Assembly: GCA_046563655.1 (NCBI GenBank)
Contig: CM102289.1
Span: 8,742,001 to 8,806,000, forward strand
DNA from: Yuukianura sp. NJ FZ-2021
Taxonomy: Eukaryota
Length of the DNA stretch: 64,000 nucleotides
Direction of reading: 5' to 3'
Numbering within the stretch: the first letter of the stretch is position 1; each line of letters opens with the position of its first letter. Position numbers and translations under genes: made by a program. Positions 26,101 to 39,152 of the stretch are shown here, one piece after another. The notes below the pieces were generated by a model. It was not told the origin of the DNA. It saw only the letters and a list, made by a program, of their open reading frames with translations, and searched no databases.

Positions 26101-28084
26101 CCCTCAAAGGGAAATGCCAATTACTTTTGTCAACGCCTAACACAAATAAACTTTGCTTTAGCTTGAGCAATTATTTGTAAAGGAGCCAAAAACTACAAAA
26201 TAAGTAGCAAAAGTGTGTAGGTTGAAAAGTACATAAAGTTATAACATGGGGAAGAAGAAATTAAGTAAAGCTAACCATATCATTGCGCTCTGTTGGCGCT
26301 GAAAAGCCGTTTTGAAAAAAAAAATTTTTTGAAAAGGAATGTTTCAAAAAAGCAGTCATGTGTCAAAAGAGCTCGCCTTTCTAATAAAATCTATGCTCGA
26401 AGAAACTTCCGTCCAATTTGTGTGCGTGTGTGGTGTATGTGTACAGAAGGAACAAAATAAATCTTCTTCTGACGACCTACTTTTTTTAAAACAAAGTTTT
26501 TCTAAACAGACGAGTATTTTTTTAAACAGCAGGGCAGAGAGCTCTAAGCTTCCAAAAATGTCTCATTAGCCTTTTGTCTTGTTCAAGTGAGAGCCAAAAG
26601 TTCCAAAGGAGCCAGGAGTGGCGTTTTCACAAAAAAAAGTTGGCAAATACGCCAAACAACTTCCTTTTTCTGCTGTTCATTTTTCAAAATTTCTTTGAAA
26701 ATGAAAAAAAAGTTTGGAGCGACGGGTTTTCGGAAATGGGTTTCAAGAAAACAAAAGTTTAATTTATTCTTCCTAATGGGACTTTTTTTTTCTTCAAATT
26801 ACGACGCTCAAAATTTTTCAGTGTGGCGCGAACTTAACTCGCGAACCGAGTGTGAAGCGGCCTTAGCCGTAACTTTTATACAGTCGAAGTGAAAATCCTT
26901 TTGTCATGCAGTGACACGCTATGGGAATTAAGGTTCTTTGCCCTTATGCTCTCTCGCACGCCATTTAAGACCTGAAAAACTTTTGAATTTTCCCGGTCTC
27001 CCTCCTTGAGCTTGAGGTCACACTTCCCTCTACGAACAAAGTAGTTAATCCGCTCGACGTGCTAATTAACACTGTTCCGAGCTTATCCCAACTTCTCCCC
27101 TCCTTTTCAAATTAGAATTAAGTGGAAAAAGATCACAAAATGTTGAGGTGGGAATTTCAAATTTTGAAAATGGCCTTTGGGCCAAGGAAAACCTAGAAAA
27201 GCTGAGAGGCGGGAAGATTCGAAAATTTTAAGAGGTTAATTCCGATGAGAGACACTTTAGAATCCATCACATGCTTTTAGAAATTCCTTCTACACCCTCC
27301 AATGCTCAGCCTAATGGAACCAATTAATCATTCTCACCCTCAGAACAACTTACATTTACATCTTTTCAAACAAACCCTACAGTTTCAATTGTTTCAAAAA
27401 ACTAGCGCCAAATTGACAAGCCGTTGGCAAAATTTCAAAAATCCCGCCGAGATTTACAATCATGTGTCACATTTTTGTAGGATTTCGACGCCTCCCAAAT
27501 TTTTTCTTAACGATTGTCGCCTATAAGCCGAAAAAGTGGAGTCATTTGCAAGGTTTTCAAAAGTTCACGGCTGATTGGCGCCACGGAACAATAGAGTTGT
27601 TTGCAAAATTGCAAATTTTGAGAAAATGTTTGAAACATTTTAAAATGTGGTTTTCGCCCCTCCCAAAATGTCAAGAAAACTATTTGTGAACATAATTGAC
27701 TAGAGCAGCAGGAAGGCTTGGTTTGACACAGATGAGATCACGAGGAATGTTTTAAGCGAGACATCTTTGCAATTACGTGCAAAAAGCGTAAATAACTTCT
27801 ACTTTTTTGTGCTATGCACAACTTGTGCATAGCACAAAAACGTTTCGTGTGTGGAGTAATGAATGAGGCACATAACAAAAATAAAAGCTGGGTGTTGAGA
27901 TCTTTCTTGTGGTAAAAAGATGAGCTCAAAGCAGAATTATAGGAGGAAGTTCCTAATAATAGGGAATTATCTTAACATATAGCAAAGTACACGAGAGTGA
28001 GTTAGTGGGAAGCAAATTTGAAAATAAGGCGGGAAATAAAATAATAAATATAAAAAGATGAAACAGATTAAGAGGAGAACTCAC

Positions 28085-28148
28085 CATTACATAATGACGC
28101 TGAATCTCAATCTTTTCGCTAGCCAATTTCTCGCATTCTAACTTCAAA
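28085..28148 (-). CDS. gro: groucho/TLE exon 3a, mutually exclusive copy ([22 protein letters not shown])
   Basis: 64 nt, acceptor TTTACAG, donor GTGAGT, phase 2 to 0. Matches the TLE Q-domain segment [19 protein letters not shown]. Confidence 0.96.
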
Positions 28149-29379
28149 CTGTAAATTAATTAGGAAAGAAACCAATTTTAGTTTTAATTCGTACTTTTTA
28201 ATCTAACCTAAAAAAATTATAACTCTAACAACATAAAATTGCACCGTGTACTTCTTCCTTAAATAATTAAAATCTTTTATGCAACTACTCATCAAAACTT
28301 CACACTTTTTACTAAAAACCGAAAATTTTTGAGATTTTGGTTTCATAAATTACGCCATCTCGCATTACCCCTTTTCATCCATCTTCAAGTTTAATTTTTG
28401 TTTTGATCAAAATCTCTTATTGTTTTAATTAATTGTAATCACAAAATTTGAAAAATCAAAATTTCATGACAAAAGAGCATATATTTTGTTCTATTTTTGA
28501 ATTGATTGACTAAGCTTGTTTCGCCATCGTTTCTTTTACCTGCTTAAGTAATGCTAAATCTAACCTAATCAAAATTAAGTTTGAAATTAACTTTGCTAGG
28601 ATAGAGTGACGCAAGTTTATTAATTGAGATTTATTGAAACAATTATTCCACCTGTAATGAATGTTCTGTTGAGAAACAATGGGTCCTTGGGAATAATAAA
28701 AACTCGTCTCTCTCCCCCCTCACTTGTACAATTGTACAAAGTGAGTCTTAGGGGCGGCAAAGTACAATTTTCTTTTACGTTTTTGCTTTAACAAAAAAAA
28801 TTAATTGGGAGTTTAGCTGTTAATTTAATTGGGCGAAACACGTAATTACAGCCCTCGTATCTTCCAACTCCTGCAGAGCCACGTTTACACCTCCTTGGGC
28901 TTAAGGGCGGTGCGCACATGCGAAAAAAAGTTGCTTGCAAAAAATTAAGAACAACACGAAAAATTAAAGTTAGGAAAAAAAATAATTGTGGGTAATAATG
29001 GTTGTGCCAAAAGTTGGAATTGCCAATCTGGATTATTATTTTGTTGAAGAATTCAAAAATAATTGACGTTTACATTCTAACATGAAATTTTGTTTCTGAA
29101 ATTAAAATTGATAAAAAAAATTAACTCACGATTTCTATCACAAATCTCCCCCCATAATATCCATAATATTTAAAGTCAAAAAATTTGATTTGTTCCTTAC
29201 AGTTCAAAGGTCAAGTTAACACAAAAAGTAAATTTACACAGTTTATCATTTTGGAAAATAAAAAATCGTTTTGACCTTAATTTGTTTCTTGCATTTTTTG
29301 TTGAAACTAAGACATTTGCTTACACTCGTTCGTTTTCATTTGGGTTTTACATGCATGCTAAGTTGAAAATAATGTTAAG

Positions 29380-29497
29380 GGTGGGTGGTTGCAGTTAATC
29401 TAACTGCCACAACACCCGCAACGCAATAAATAAGGAAAACGTAGTTTTTTGAGTTTGAGGCGGTTTCGATTCCCAGGGGCGGTAAACTTTTTTTTTC
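29380..29497 (+). mobile_element. possible decayed tRNA-derived SINE fragment
   Basis: B-box-like GGTTTCGATTCCC followed by AACTTTTTTTT, with a weak A-box-like TGGTTGCAGTT upstream. Confidence 0.25.
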
Positions 29498-32400
29498 TTA
29501 AGAATAAGGAGTGTTTGCTAATCGATGAAATTGTCGTGACTAGTTCTTAAAAGTAAAAAAATAACAATAATATGCCAGATCACCATCTTCAACAAGATTA
29601 AGTTTACTACCTGCCCTTAATAACGTAATGTAACACACACTATCAAAACTAACCTAAAGGCGCCTTATTTTTTACTTTTTGAAAACAACGCTAATAAATT
29701 ACAGGTAAGAAATCTCATTTGGCAACGATTTTTAAAAGTTTTTTTTTTTTCAAAAACCCGTTTCTCATCATCATTATTCTTCTTATGCCTTAAAATCTAT
29801 TACGGCTTTTTGATATGTTTTTCTCCCCATACACAAATCAAAACAAAAAAATTAAAAATTTTTAAACTTTTTTAACACATAACATGTTTGGCCATAGTTG
29901 TGTCCAAGAGTTTAATTGCCACTTAATTTTGTAATAAAGTACTGCAGGCTCAAGCAGCTCTTTGCTGATTGGCGTTAATAACTTGTCTGTAGATTTTAAA
30001 ACCGGATTTGCCACTTTCGTCGACAAAAAGTTTTTTGTGGTTGTGGCGCGTTCATGTTTCATTTTGAAAAGTTTAAGAGAACTTTAATGTCCATAATTTC
30101 CTTTCAAGTTCAACTCTACAATTAAGTTTAATAGACAAATGAAATATGAGAAAAGAGTTATTATCCTTCCTCTTATTACGGCTATTAACTATTATTGTTT
30201 TTTTCCAGTCGCCGTCTCATTTTTTTTTTGAAAAAAAAGACACGAGAAAAAACGAACTTTCTTTACTGTTTTTTGTAAAAACGAAAATTGCCTCAAGCTC
30301 GATTCTATTTTCATCGTTAATCAATTGAAGTGAGGCGAAACATTTTTTTTATGTGCGTTTTAATGTTTCGAGGGCTACACAAAATGGTCAAATCAATTCG
30401 TTTTTTTTTGGTTCTGAATGCGATGAGTTACAACAAGTCACGATTTCTTGGAACAAAAATGTAGCACGGTGGTGGTTTTTAAGACCAAAGCCAATTGATT
30501 GATTGATTACTCAAAGTCACGATGCGATGCACAAAACTATGAGGGGGCTATACTGCTTTGTCACGTAATTCTTGACTAACCATTTACATTTTGTATGCCC
30601 CCCCCCCATCTACTTCCACTCCACCCCCCCCCCCTCTTCATTTTGTGAACATGATTTTTCATTCTTGTTTTTCTTTCAAACATTGTTCTCAGCCTTTTCA
30701 TCTTCTTGAGCAGACATTAATTAATTCTAACCTTTTTGTTTCCCATGTACAAAAATTTGTGCAAAAAATTTGTTGCAAAAAATGATTAGCCTAACTGCGA
30801 AAAATTTGTATGACTTTTTTGATGCGGAATGACTATGCATGTTTAAAGGATTTTTGTAATTTAAATGCAATGAAACATGCATTTTTTGCAACTTTTTCTC
30901 CTTCATAAAAAGCAGTTCTTGGCTGTCACTAACTTTTTTTTGTTATACTTTGTACCTACTTTACTTTAAATCTGTCATTTTTTTTGTTAGTTAAAATTGG
31001 GACATCCTGTACATTTTGTCTCTTGAGTTGCCAACAGCATTGTTTCCCACTTTGGTGATTCGTAAGTAGCGTGATTTCATGACATGAATCTAGCATTTAA
31101 TCTTCCTCGTCCATTGTTTTCTTATTTGCCCACTTTACATTTTGCATGTTCAGCACCCTGTACATGTGAAAGTTGAATTTGAATTTTCCCTCCATGAGAA
31201 AATTGACTGCTCGTCATCAATTAAATTGTCAAGATTCATAAGTCCAATGTTTTTTGATTGAAACTAATTCAGAATTTTGAATGAAAAAAATTACTAGAGG
31301 TCATTGACCTCTTCTGCTCAAGCAGAATCCAACCAAATACGTTTGGAACAAACACTCGAACAAACTGTCAAAAATGAAATTTTGAGATTAAAAATTAAAT
31401 TAACTTTTTAGTGGTGTTAAATTTTGTACAAATGCAATTAATCACACCACCTTTAAATCATAACGAAATCTTTTGGTCAGTGAAAACCGGATTACAACTT
31501 TGGCAAATTGCTATTTACACAACTCTGCCCAAAATGGTCATTAATTTACTCGTGTCAAAGTTAACTACACTTCAAATCCAAACAAGTTGTTCATAAAATT
31601 CAACTTTTTTTCAAATCCTGTTCCTTTCATAATTTTCAAAACATCAACTTTTCACTCCTGTTTCCTTCTACTCATAATTTTGAGAAAAAGATGTCCAACT
31701 GTTGTCATGATTTTAAATGTCATCGAAAACTACTTGTTCTAAAAAACTTGAATCCAGCCACCTTCAATTTGTGTCACTTGAATTTTGAAATTTTGAGTTG
31801 CTGTTATTCAAAGTGAGTTGTGTAATGACTCAAAACCGTGTTCATAGTTTTCCGCTGACAAAATCCTGGTCTTTTGTTTGACTTTAAATTAATTTCTAAT
31901 GAGAAATGAATAATTCATATTCCTAATGACAAGGAACCGTGGAAGATCAATTCTAATAAATTGTGAAGCAGGAACAACTTCAACGCCTTATGAATACCAA
32001 TTAGTATTCAGCACAAGTTGGGCTGCTCAAGCACACCGAAAACTTGACGCAAGTTTTTTCCTTTTACACTGCAGCCACTCAACCGTTTCATGTTTCAAAA
32101 GAGGAAGGTGTGGTCCAAAAGTTCTTCGTTTCTGCTACTTAACAAAAGACTTATTTATGAATTCAGTACTCTAAGTCATGTTCGAACCTATTAATTGCAT
32201 TCCGCTTTTCAAAAAAAAAAATCAAAATTTTGCCTGAAGCCAATTTTGACGAAAATTTCAATTCATTTTAAAAAACAAAACAAGAAGAAATTGCCTCGGA
32301 AAAAAAAAGTCAATAATCCAATGTACGCACAATGAACAATGAAACCTATCAAAAAAATTGCAACAAAAAATTGAGGAAAAAAAAATTATTTGAAACGGGG

Positions 32401-35150
32401 TGGAATCTCTTCCAAGATTTTGCTTTTCGAATCGCGGTTTTGACAAATTTCGGAATCACTTCAAAAAGAATGTGTCTTCCAGAAAACAATGATTTTTCAT
32501 TACAAAAGTTGGTGAAAAGGGGAGAAAAAAGGGGGCGGTGGTTTGGTTTTTGAAGTGGTTTCAACTTGGTCTTGAGTGTGTTAAATAATTTAGTAAACAC
32601 TTTTGACTTACGGAGATAAAGTGGAGAAACAAGTTTTCAAAGGAGTTCATTTTATGTCTTCAATTTAAGCTTTATGTTCAATTATCCCTTTGCTCGAAGA
32701 AAACCGGTTTTTCAAAAAAAAAAAGTTTCAAAAAAATGAAATAATGAGAAGAAAAGTCATTGACAAGAAAAATGGAAAAAATAGATTTGCGTTTTGGAAC
32801 AACTACGCAAATTAATTACAAAATTTTTTTTGGCACAGTATTGCGTTTCCGAAGCTGCAAAAAAGTGGGCGGAGCATGTAGATTTTGGTGTTAATTAATT
32901 CTGTAGCTACTTAGGCAGTATCAACAAACAAAAACTTAACGGAAATTCCCGCCCATTTTTGCACTTCATGCTTAACTCAACTTGACCGAAAATGAAAAAT
33001 GCTACCTGTGTTAAGCGTTTTTGCACAAGCGCAATGCCCTCTTATACAAAACGTGCAGAAATTTGAAAAAGTCTTTTGGCAGATGACAATGACCTATGAT
33101 CATGATGGAATTTGAAGTGAACTGAAGCCAGAAGCCACAAAGATAAGAGTGATCCAACAAGTTGTTTGTCCTTAGCAAATTGCAAAATTGCAAATTCGCA
33201 ATTTGCAATTGACAGAGATAGACAATGGAGCTCTAACCATAAAAGGCTTGAAATTGATTTTGAATTTGCAGTGTCAACTTTCAAAAAAGATTTATAAGTG
33301 GTTTGAGTAAGTGGTGCTTGTCGTGTGTGTGGTGGTGGGAATGCTCTAAGCTTTTAGTTTTTTGTGAAGTTTATATAGAGTCTAAGGCCAGTCCAAAAAG
33401 ATTTCCGACGACATATGGAGAGTGTGAGAAGCATTTTAATGTCAACATGACAAACATGTTAAGTTATAGAACGACTTCTAACTTTTTTCAACTTCAAAGT
33501 TCGTGCACAGATTTCCTCACTTTTTAAAAAAAAAAGAAGATTTTGAACAAGCAGACCAAGATGCTATGACATCAACTTTATTTTCATTTTTTTTGAAAGA
33601 AGATTCCAGAGAGATCATCTCACAAAATATGGCCAAAAGATGACAAAACCCAAAGATAATAAAAAACTTAAGCCACGTTCACACACCACGGAGGAGCGCA
33701 GATTTAAAACTCCCAGATTAATTTCTGTATTAACAATTAATCTAAACAAATCCTGACACTCAAGAAGTTTTGAAATTTCAAAATCCAAACTGTGAAGGAG
33801 AACTCGTTTCCATTTAGCATTAATTTTCACAACTGCACATAAAAGTTATGATGATCTTAGCATTTGCAATGCTAGTCTCCGTCTAATCTTTTATTACAGC
33901 CCATGTGAAAGTCGACGTGCCAAGGCAATAAAAATTTTAACTTTTGTGTTGAGAAAACTTGATCCTAGTTGAAGAATAATAATGTTGTCATCTTTTGTCA
34001 TTATGTTATCAAAACCTAACATGAAACGGCTTTTGGCAAACTTAAGACGCCCAACTACCGTTTTAATTCTTCCTAACAATGTTAATTTTGAAGAATAAAA
34101 GGAGAAGGTGTCATGCCTCCGGTTGCGAACCGTCCTTAAGATGAATGACTCTCACAAGAATTGTTAAGTTTAAGAGTAAATTGGATACAAAACGGAGAGT
34201 GATGTGCTTTGTTAGATCTTTATCGTCTGAAGTTTCCATCTCCCTAACCTAAACCTTAAGTTTGAACCTTAACAATAGGCTAACTTCAACGTAGGTGTGT
34301 TTAAGTTGTCGGATGAATGGATTCTCATTATTGAGAACCAAAATTGGAATAGATGGGTTGGGAGAAGACTCACGACCTACGGCGGTTCCTTTCTTGTAAG
34401 ATCAAATTCAAAAACACAATAGACACTTTTAAGTGTAGAGCATCAGACCATGTGGTTCAGAGAGGAGATTAGCCTAACCTAATGTATTCCTGTATAACTA
34501 ACCTAATCTGTTCAACCTAGCTGCATCCCATACCTTTCCTCATTTACAATTATGATTGAGTAGGCTAGTGCAGAAAGTCAGTGAACTGAAACTAATTTCT
34601 TGTCCCAGAAATCCCACCATACCCTAACCATTACCAAAATATTTATTCAAATCTCCCTCCATATTTATTCGACCATATTCCACATATTAAAATATTCCCT
34701 GTGCTTATTGGTATTCCATCTATGTCAAAATTTAATGATGAGAAACAGGCCGAGTCAATCTAAACCCACCTTAAGGCCAACATTTAAAACTTAACGATGA
34801 TTTTCCATTGTTCTCAATTTATGGTTTACCACACAGTGATCCAAATTTCTCTCTGTCAATCTTCATTGTCATAAAAACACATTTTTTTTGTCATAATTTA
34901 TTCGAAATTTCGAAAATTGTGCTCTTCGAAATTTTCACTTGTGCTTATTTCAGAGTGAAGAATCGGAAACTCTCTAATGTGCCAATTTGAGTATAATTAA
35001 TTTCTTCCAATTGCAATTTTATGACAATAACTTTTCAAAAAAAAGTAATCTTATCATTTTAATATTTTAGAACTTTTGATTTTTTGTTTGAAAAGTTAAA
35101 GTTTTTTGAGTTAAAAAATGAAAATAGAAAAATGAAGAGTAATGACTTAC

Positions 35151-35248
35151 TTGTGGTACTGTGCTTGGAGGAAGTTAAATTCCTCTTTGATCCTGTCACA
35201 GTTCTCGCCCACGGTAAATTTAAACGGCTGGCCCGCCTGAGGAGGTCC
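35151..35248 (-). CDS. gro: groucho/TLE exon 2, start of Q domain ([32 protein letters not shown])
   Basis: 98 nt between TTTTGAATAG acceptor and GTAAGT donor, ends in phase 2. Contains the Groucho signature FKFT...DRIKEEF.FLQAQYH. Confidence 0.97.
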
Positions 35249-37186
35249 CTATTCAAAATTTAAAAGAAATTTAAAAATTTTGGTTTATGAAAATATATTT
35301 TAACAGTTATAATAGAGCCATCAAAACCCATATGCCAGTTAAAAAACAACATTTTCTCTGTGTGTTAAACCACTAACGTACTTAACTCATGTATTATTTG
35401 AAAAGTTAAGTTGAACCTGTTAAGCTTGCCAAAGCTCAAAGCTTTTCTTGCCAAAAACATAAATTCGATGCAATTCATCATCATTTTTCTCTTAACTTTT
35501 TTATTACCTCATCTTTCTATGTCTCACTTTTTCTAACATTTTTCGCATCTTTCTCACTCTAATATTATTTTTTAAAAAAATCATGTTATTTTTTCTTATT
35601 TTAATTCTGTGTCTAATCTTGTTTAATTCAAAAAGTGTAGGATGAATGTCAGTTTTGTAGGATCAATGTGACAGGGATTTTATCAATTTCAGTTTATGAG
35701 ATCAAGAGCAAAGTGTCAGAGGGCACGAGATGAAGATGAACATGAATGGATAATTTTTAAAAGCCTAAACGAAAAATTGTGGATTATGAAACTTAAAAAT
35801 TTATGGGATTTCTGACCAAAGTGAATCAAAAAAAAATTCAGATTATTTTCAGATCCTGTAAAACTACGTCCTGCATCTCTTCAATCCTAATTCAACCAAA
35901 GTTTCACAATTAGCATCCCAAAAAACCAACACGCCGCTTACTTTTTGAAATTTTTTCAAACCAAATTTTTAAAAAAGTTATTATGTAGGTTTAAGAGAAT
36001 CACAAATAAGAGCGACGTGAAAGTCACAATTAAACAATTCCTTGAACATTGATGAAAATTAATTACAAATCGTCTTTTTTTCAAAATTTATGAACACAGA
36101 AGAGCTTATTGCTAACATGTTTTTTTAACTTTTATAAATATATTTTTTAAAATTCAATCATTATTTTTTTCTAACTCAAAAAAAAATCAGAGGCTAATAA
36201 CCTATACAAAGTAAAAATTCCTGAGCATTGTCCTTTAGTTGAGGAAGTTTGAAGAGGCTTATTGAGAGGGTGGGTGAGCATGATTACTATTATTATGATA
36301 ATTCCCAATGTGTGCACACGAATAACATCCATGGACAACAAACCTTAAATAAACAAGTCTTTTGAGATGCTTTTCAAAAGGCCCAAGGGTTTCTGAATAA
36401 TAAAGGAGCCTATAGCCTACTACTAACTCCCTACAATAGGAAACCACTGAAAATGTGCTTGTGGGACTTAAGGCATCTTCAGACCTCAACAATACAAAAT
36501 CTGGCCTCTTTTCAAACACGTTTTAAAAATCCAAAAGAAAAACCTCTTCGTATTCAAACTCAAACACAAACGCAAATTCCCTAATGGGGCTTTGGAGAAG
36601 CATAATAAGAAAAAGTTCCCAAGGGATTCAGGCGGAATTCATCTTCAAAAAGTCCCACCAATTCATTCTGCCTGGTTATGCCCAACGTTTCTTTTGGTAA
36701 ATCACCACGCTATTCTCCCCCTCCATAGTAATTTCTGGGCCCAAAGCCCCTCCATAGTGTTTCCTCATTCACTAAATATTAAACAGAGTCATAAGGAACT
36801 TTAAAGGAATCCCTTGGGCCCTTGATGACTTCTTTTCTCAGTCCCCTTCTGGCACTTAAGTCCTCCCCAAACTACTTTCTGGGCCCAAAGTATTTAGCCT
36901 CTTAATGGCAACATATCAAACCTAACAGGAGCTCATAGCTAAAATGATCCTCTTAGCTTTAAAAAGAAAGTGGATAAAATTATACGACTTTTTTGAAACT
37001 ATCAGCTTTTCCCGCCACTTTTTTTGTAAAAAGAAACGTCGTAGGACAATAACGGTTTTTTTTTCTCCTATTTTTTAAGAGAAGTCGTTTTATAACATGA
37101 GTTGACTTTAGGTGGTGAAAGTGCGACATTAAATGAAGCGTTGTAAAAATTTAAGCGCGTACTTTTTTTTTGAAATGGATACTTAC

Positions 37187-37228
37187 GGGATGTCGAGCGG
37201 CAGCCGCATTCATAGCTGCTGGGTACAT
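37187..37228 (-). CDS. gro: groucho/TLE co-repressor, first coding exon (MYPAAMNAAAARHP)
   Basis: ATG at 37228, 14 codons with the MYP...RHP N-terminus typical of Groucho/TLE, then a GTAAGT donor (phase 0). An upstream acceptor TTTATTTTCAG near 37419 suggests this exon also carries 5'UTR. Confidence 0.9.
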
Positions 37229-37299
37229 TTTACATTCCAGTAGAAACCATATGAAAAAATTGTAATCTCAGGAAACAATCCAACTGTTTTAGAAGCTGC

Positions 37300-37377
37300 C
37301 TTAAGGACGGTTCACGCCGTAAAATCTTAAGGTCGGTTCACACTGTAAAATCTTAAGGTTGGTTCACACCGTAAAAT
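37300..37377. repeat. 26-bp tandem repeat, 3 copies, in putative groucho 5'UTR
   Basis: Units CTTAAGG(A/T)(C/T)GGTTCAC(G/A)C(C/T)GTAAAAT at 37300, 37326 and 37352, plus a partial fourth unit. Confidence 0.9.
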
Positions 37378-39128
37378 GTTGAGGTCGATCTGGTTGACAA
37401 AAAATGTAGAAAGAGGACCTGAAAATAAACAAAGTTAATTAACATGAACAATAATCCAGGTAGGTCGTAAACGAAAGTAATTTAAAAGAGAGAGATAGTG
37501 CAAATAGTTCCCGCCATTGTCATTTTTATTTCTCTTTTTTTTACAATCCACCTTGTGTGCAGAAGTTGAAACGATTAATTAAATCCAATTCAATTCCACA
37601 AAAACCAGTTTAAAATCAACAGAGGCATGAAAACGATACTTTCTCACGATTCTCAACAATCCAAAACAACTAAACCATAAAAACTATAAAAATTCTCACA
37701 CAGAAGATGGACTTAAAGCTCATAGTTTTATAGCCTCTTCTCTTCTTTTTCTATAAAAGTGTTTTTTTTTATTTACTAAAACTTAACAATTGTTTTTTTT
37801 TTCTAAAATGAAATCACAATTAAAAAAACGATTGTAATCTTTATCACCTCCCGCCTCTTAAGCTTTAAAACTTACGCTTCGAAATTTAATTCATCTTGTC
37901 GTAGTGTATAATCTGTCCAATTATTTACGCTACAATTCTTCCTTGATTGTAATCTCAACGTTGTAAAAAGTTCAAAAAATATGAGAAAAAATAACTAATG
38001 AATGAAAAAAAAATTGTGAATAAAAAAAAATGGAAATGAATGATATTTTTCGTACACTGCGGAAGTAAATCACTTAAAGTGCAATTTGTTTTCAGAAATT
38101 TGCTTTAGCGTTTTTGCCAAAATTTCTTTTGTTAGTGGTAGGCGTAAGGTAAAAATTTTCAGGAATTGAGTAAATTTGAAAAGTTAAGGTAAAACTAATT
38201 TTGAAATAAGTGTAAACACCTTACCTTAAGTTGTTCCAAAAATCAAAGTTTTGCTAAAATTTGAACCTTAGTTCACTAAATTTTAATAGTTTGAAGTATC
38301 GAGTCACTCGCAAACACTTTTCACAAAACTGTCGAAATTTTGGAAAACAGAAATGTTGATGACACTCCTCAGCACTTAACTTAACACAAACACTAAATGT
38401 CCAAATTAATTTCACACTCAAGTGGCCTTTTGTCTAGAACGAGAAGAACTTGCCAAGAAAATAAGTTTGTGAAATTTCAAATTTCGTTTTTGAAATCCCA
38501 AAAATCTCGAACTTTTGAGGTTGAATAGTTTTAACTTTTGAGGAGTCGATTGAATAATGAAGAGCACAAAACTTTTTTGAAACTGTGATGAGGAGCTTAT
38601 TGCTTCTGTTGGTTTGCACACATTAAAAAAAATCAGCGTCAAGATGTTTTAAACTCTGTTTCCTTTGAAAAATAAAAAAGTTGTTAAAGATCCAGCGTCT
38701 TCTTATTTTGGTTGGCAGCAGATCAACGTTTTTGAGCCTAGTAAAAAAAGTTGAAAATTTCCAAGTCGTATCACACACTTAAATCCTTGTGTTTAAACCA
38801 GTAGTAAGTTTAAAAGTTATTTGCCAGTTGCCAGAAAATGTTGGTTGCACAAACAGGGCCAAAGACAAGTTGAAATTACTGTTTCTTCTATCTTGTTCTT
38901 TCTTCTGTTTTGTAAAAGATGAAGTTGATGATGGAACGATGAGCAGGTTTGGTAACTTTTCAAAAAAAAAACTTCAAACAGAATGAAAAAAATGAACGCA
39001 ACTTGGTTGGTTTGAGTTTAGAAGAACTAAAACGACTTTTGACTTGTTTAATGAAACGACTCCCACAAAAGAAAAATGTCTTGAATTAATTGGCGTGCTC
39101 AACTCCTTCTTTTTGCTTCAACAAACAC

Positions 39129-39152
39129 AACTGACTGCGAGAATTGAACTGA
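39129..39152 (-). promoter_or_regulatory. candidate groucho core promoter (two TCAGTT initiator-like motifs)
   Basis: TCAGTT on the minus strand at 39147-39152 and 39129-39134. Candidate non-coding exon donors lie downstream (AAG|GTAAGG at 38225, GC|GTAAGT at 37876). Motif match only. Confidence 0.3.

Noticed and set aside
30999..31162. Two mariner-like right ends (GGGACATCCTGTA, CACCCTGTA)
   Set aside because: No matching left TIRs were found, so no element can be defined.
37229..37239. TGGAATGTAAA on the minus strand, matching the 5' end of miR-1
   Set aside because: Only 11 nt match, it abuts the groucho start codon, and no pre-miRNA hairpin is evident.
37641..37699. Two Su(H)-like sites (TTCTCACG, TTCTCACA) near groucho exon 1
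   Set aside because: They have the same orientation and wrong spacing for a paired site, and similar words occur throughout the window.
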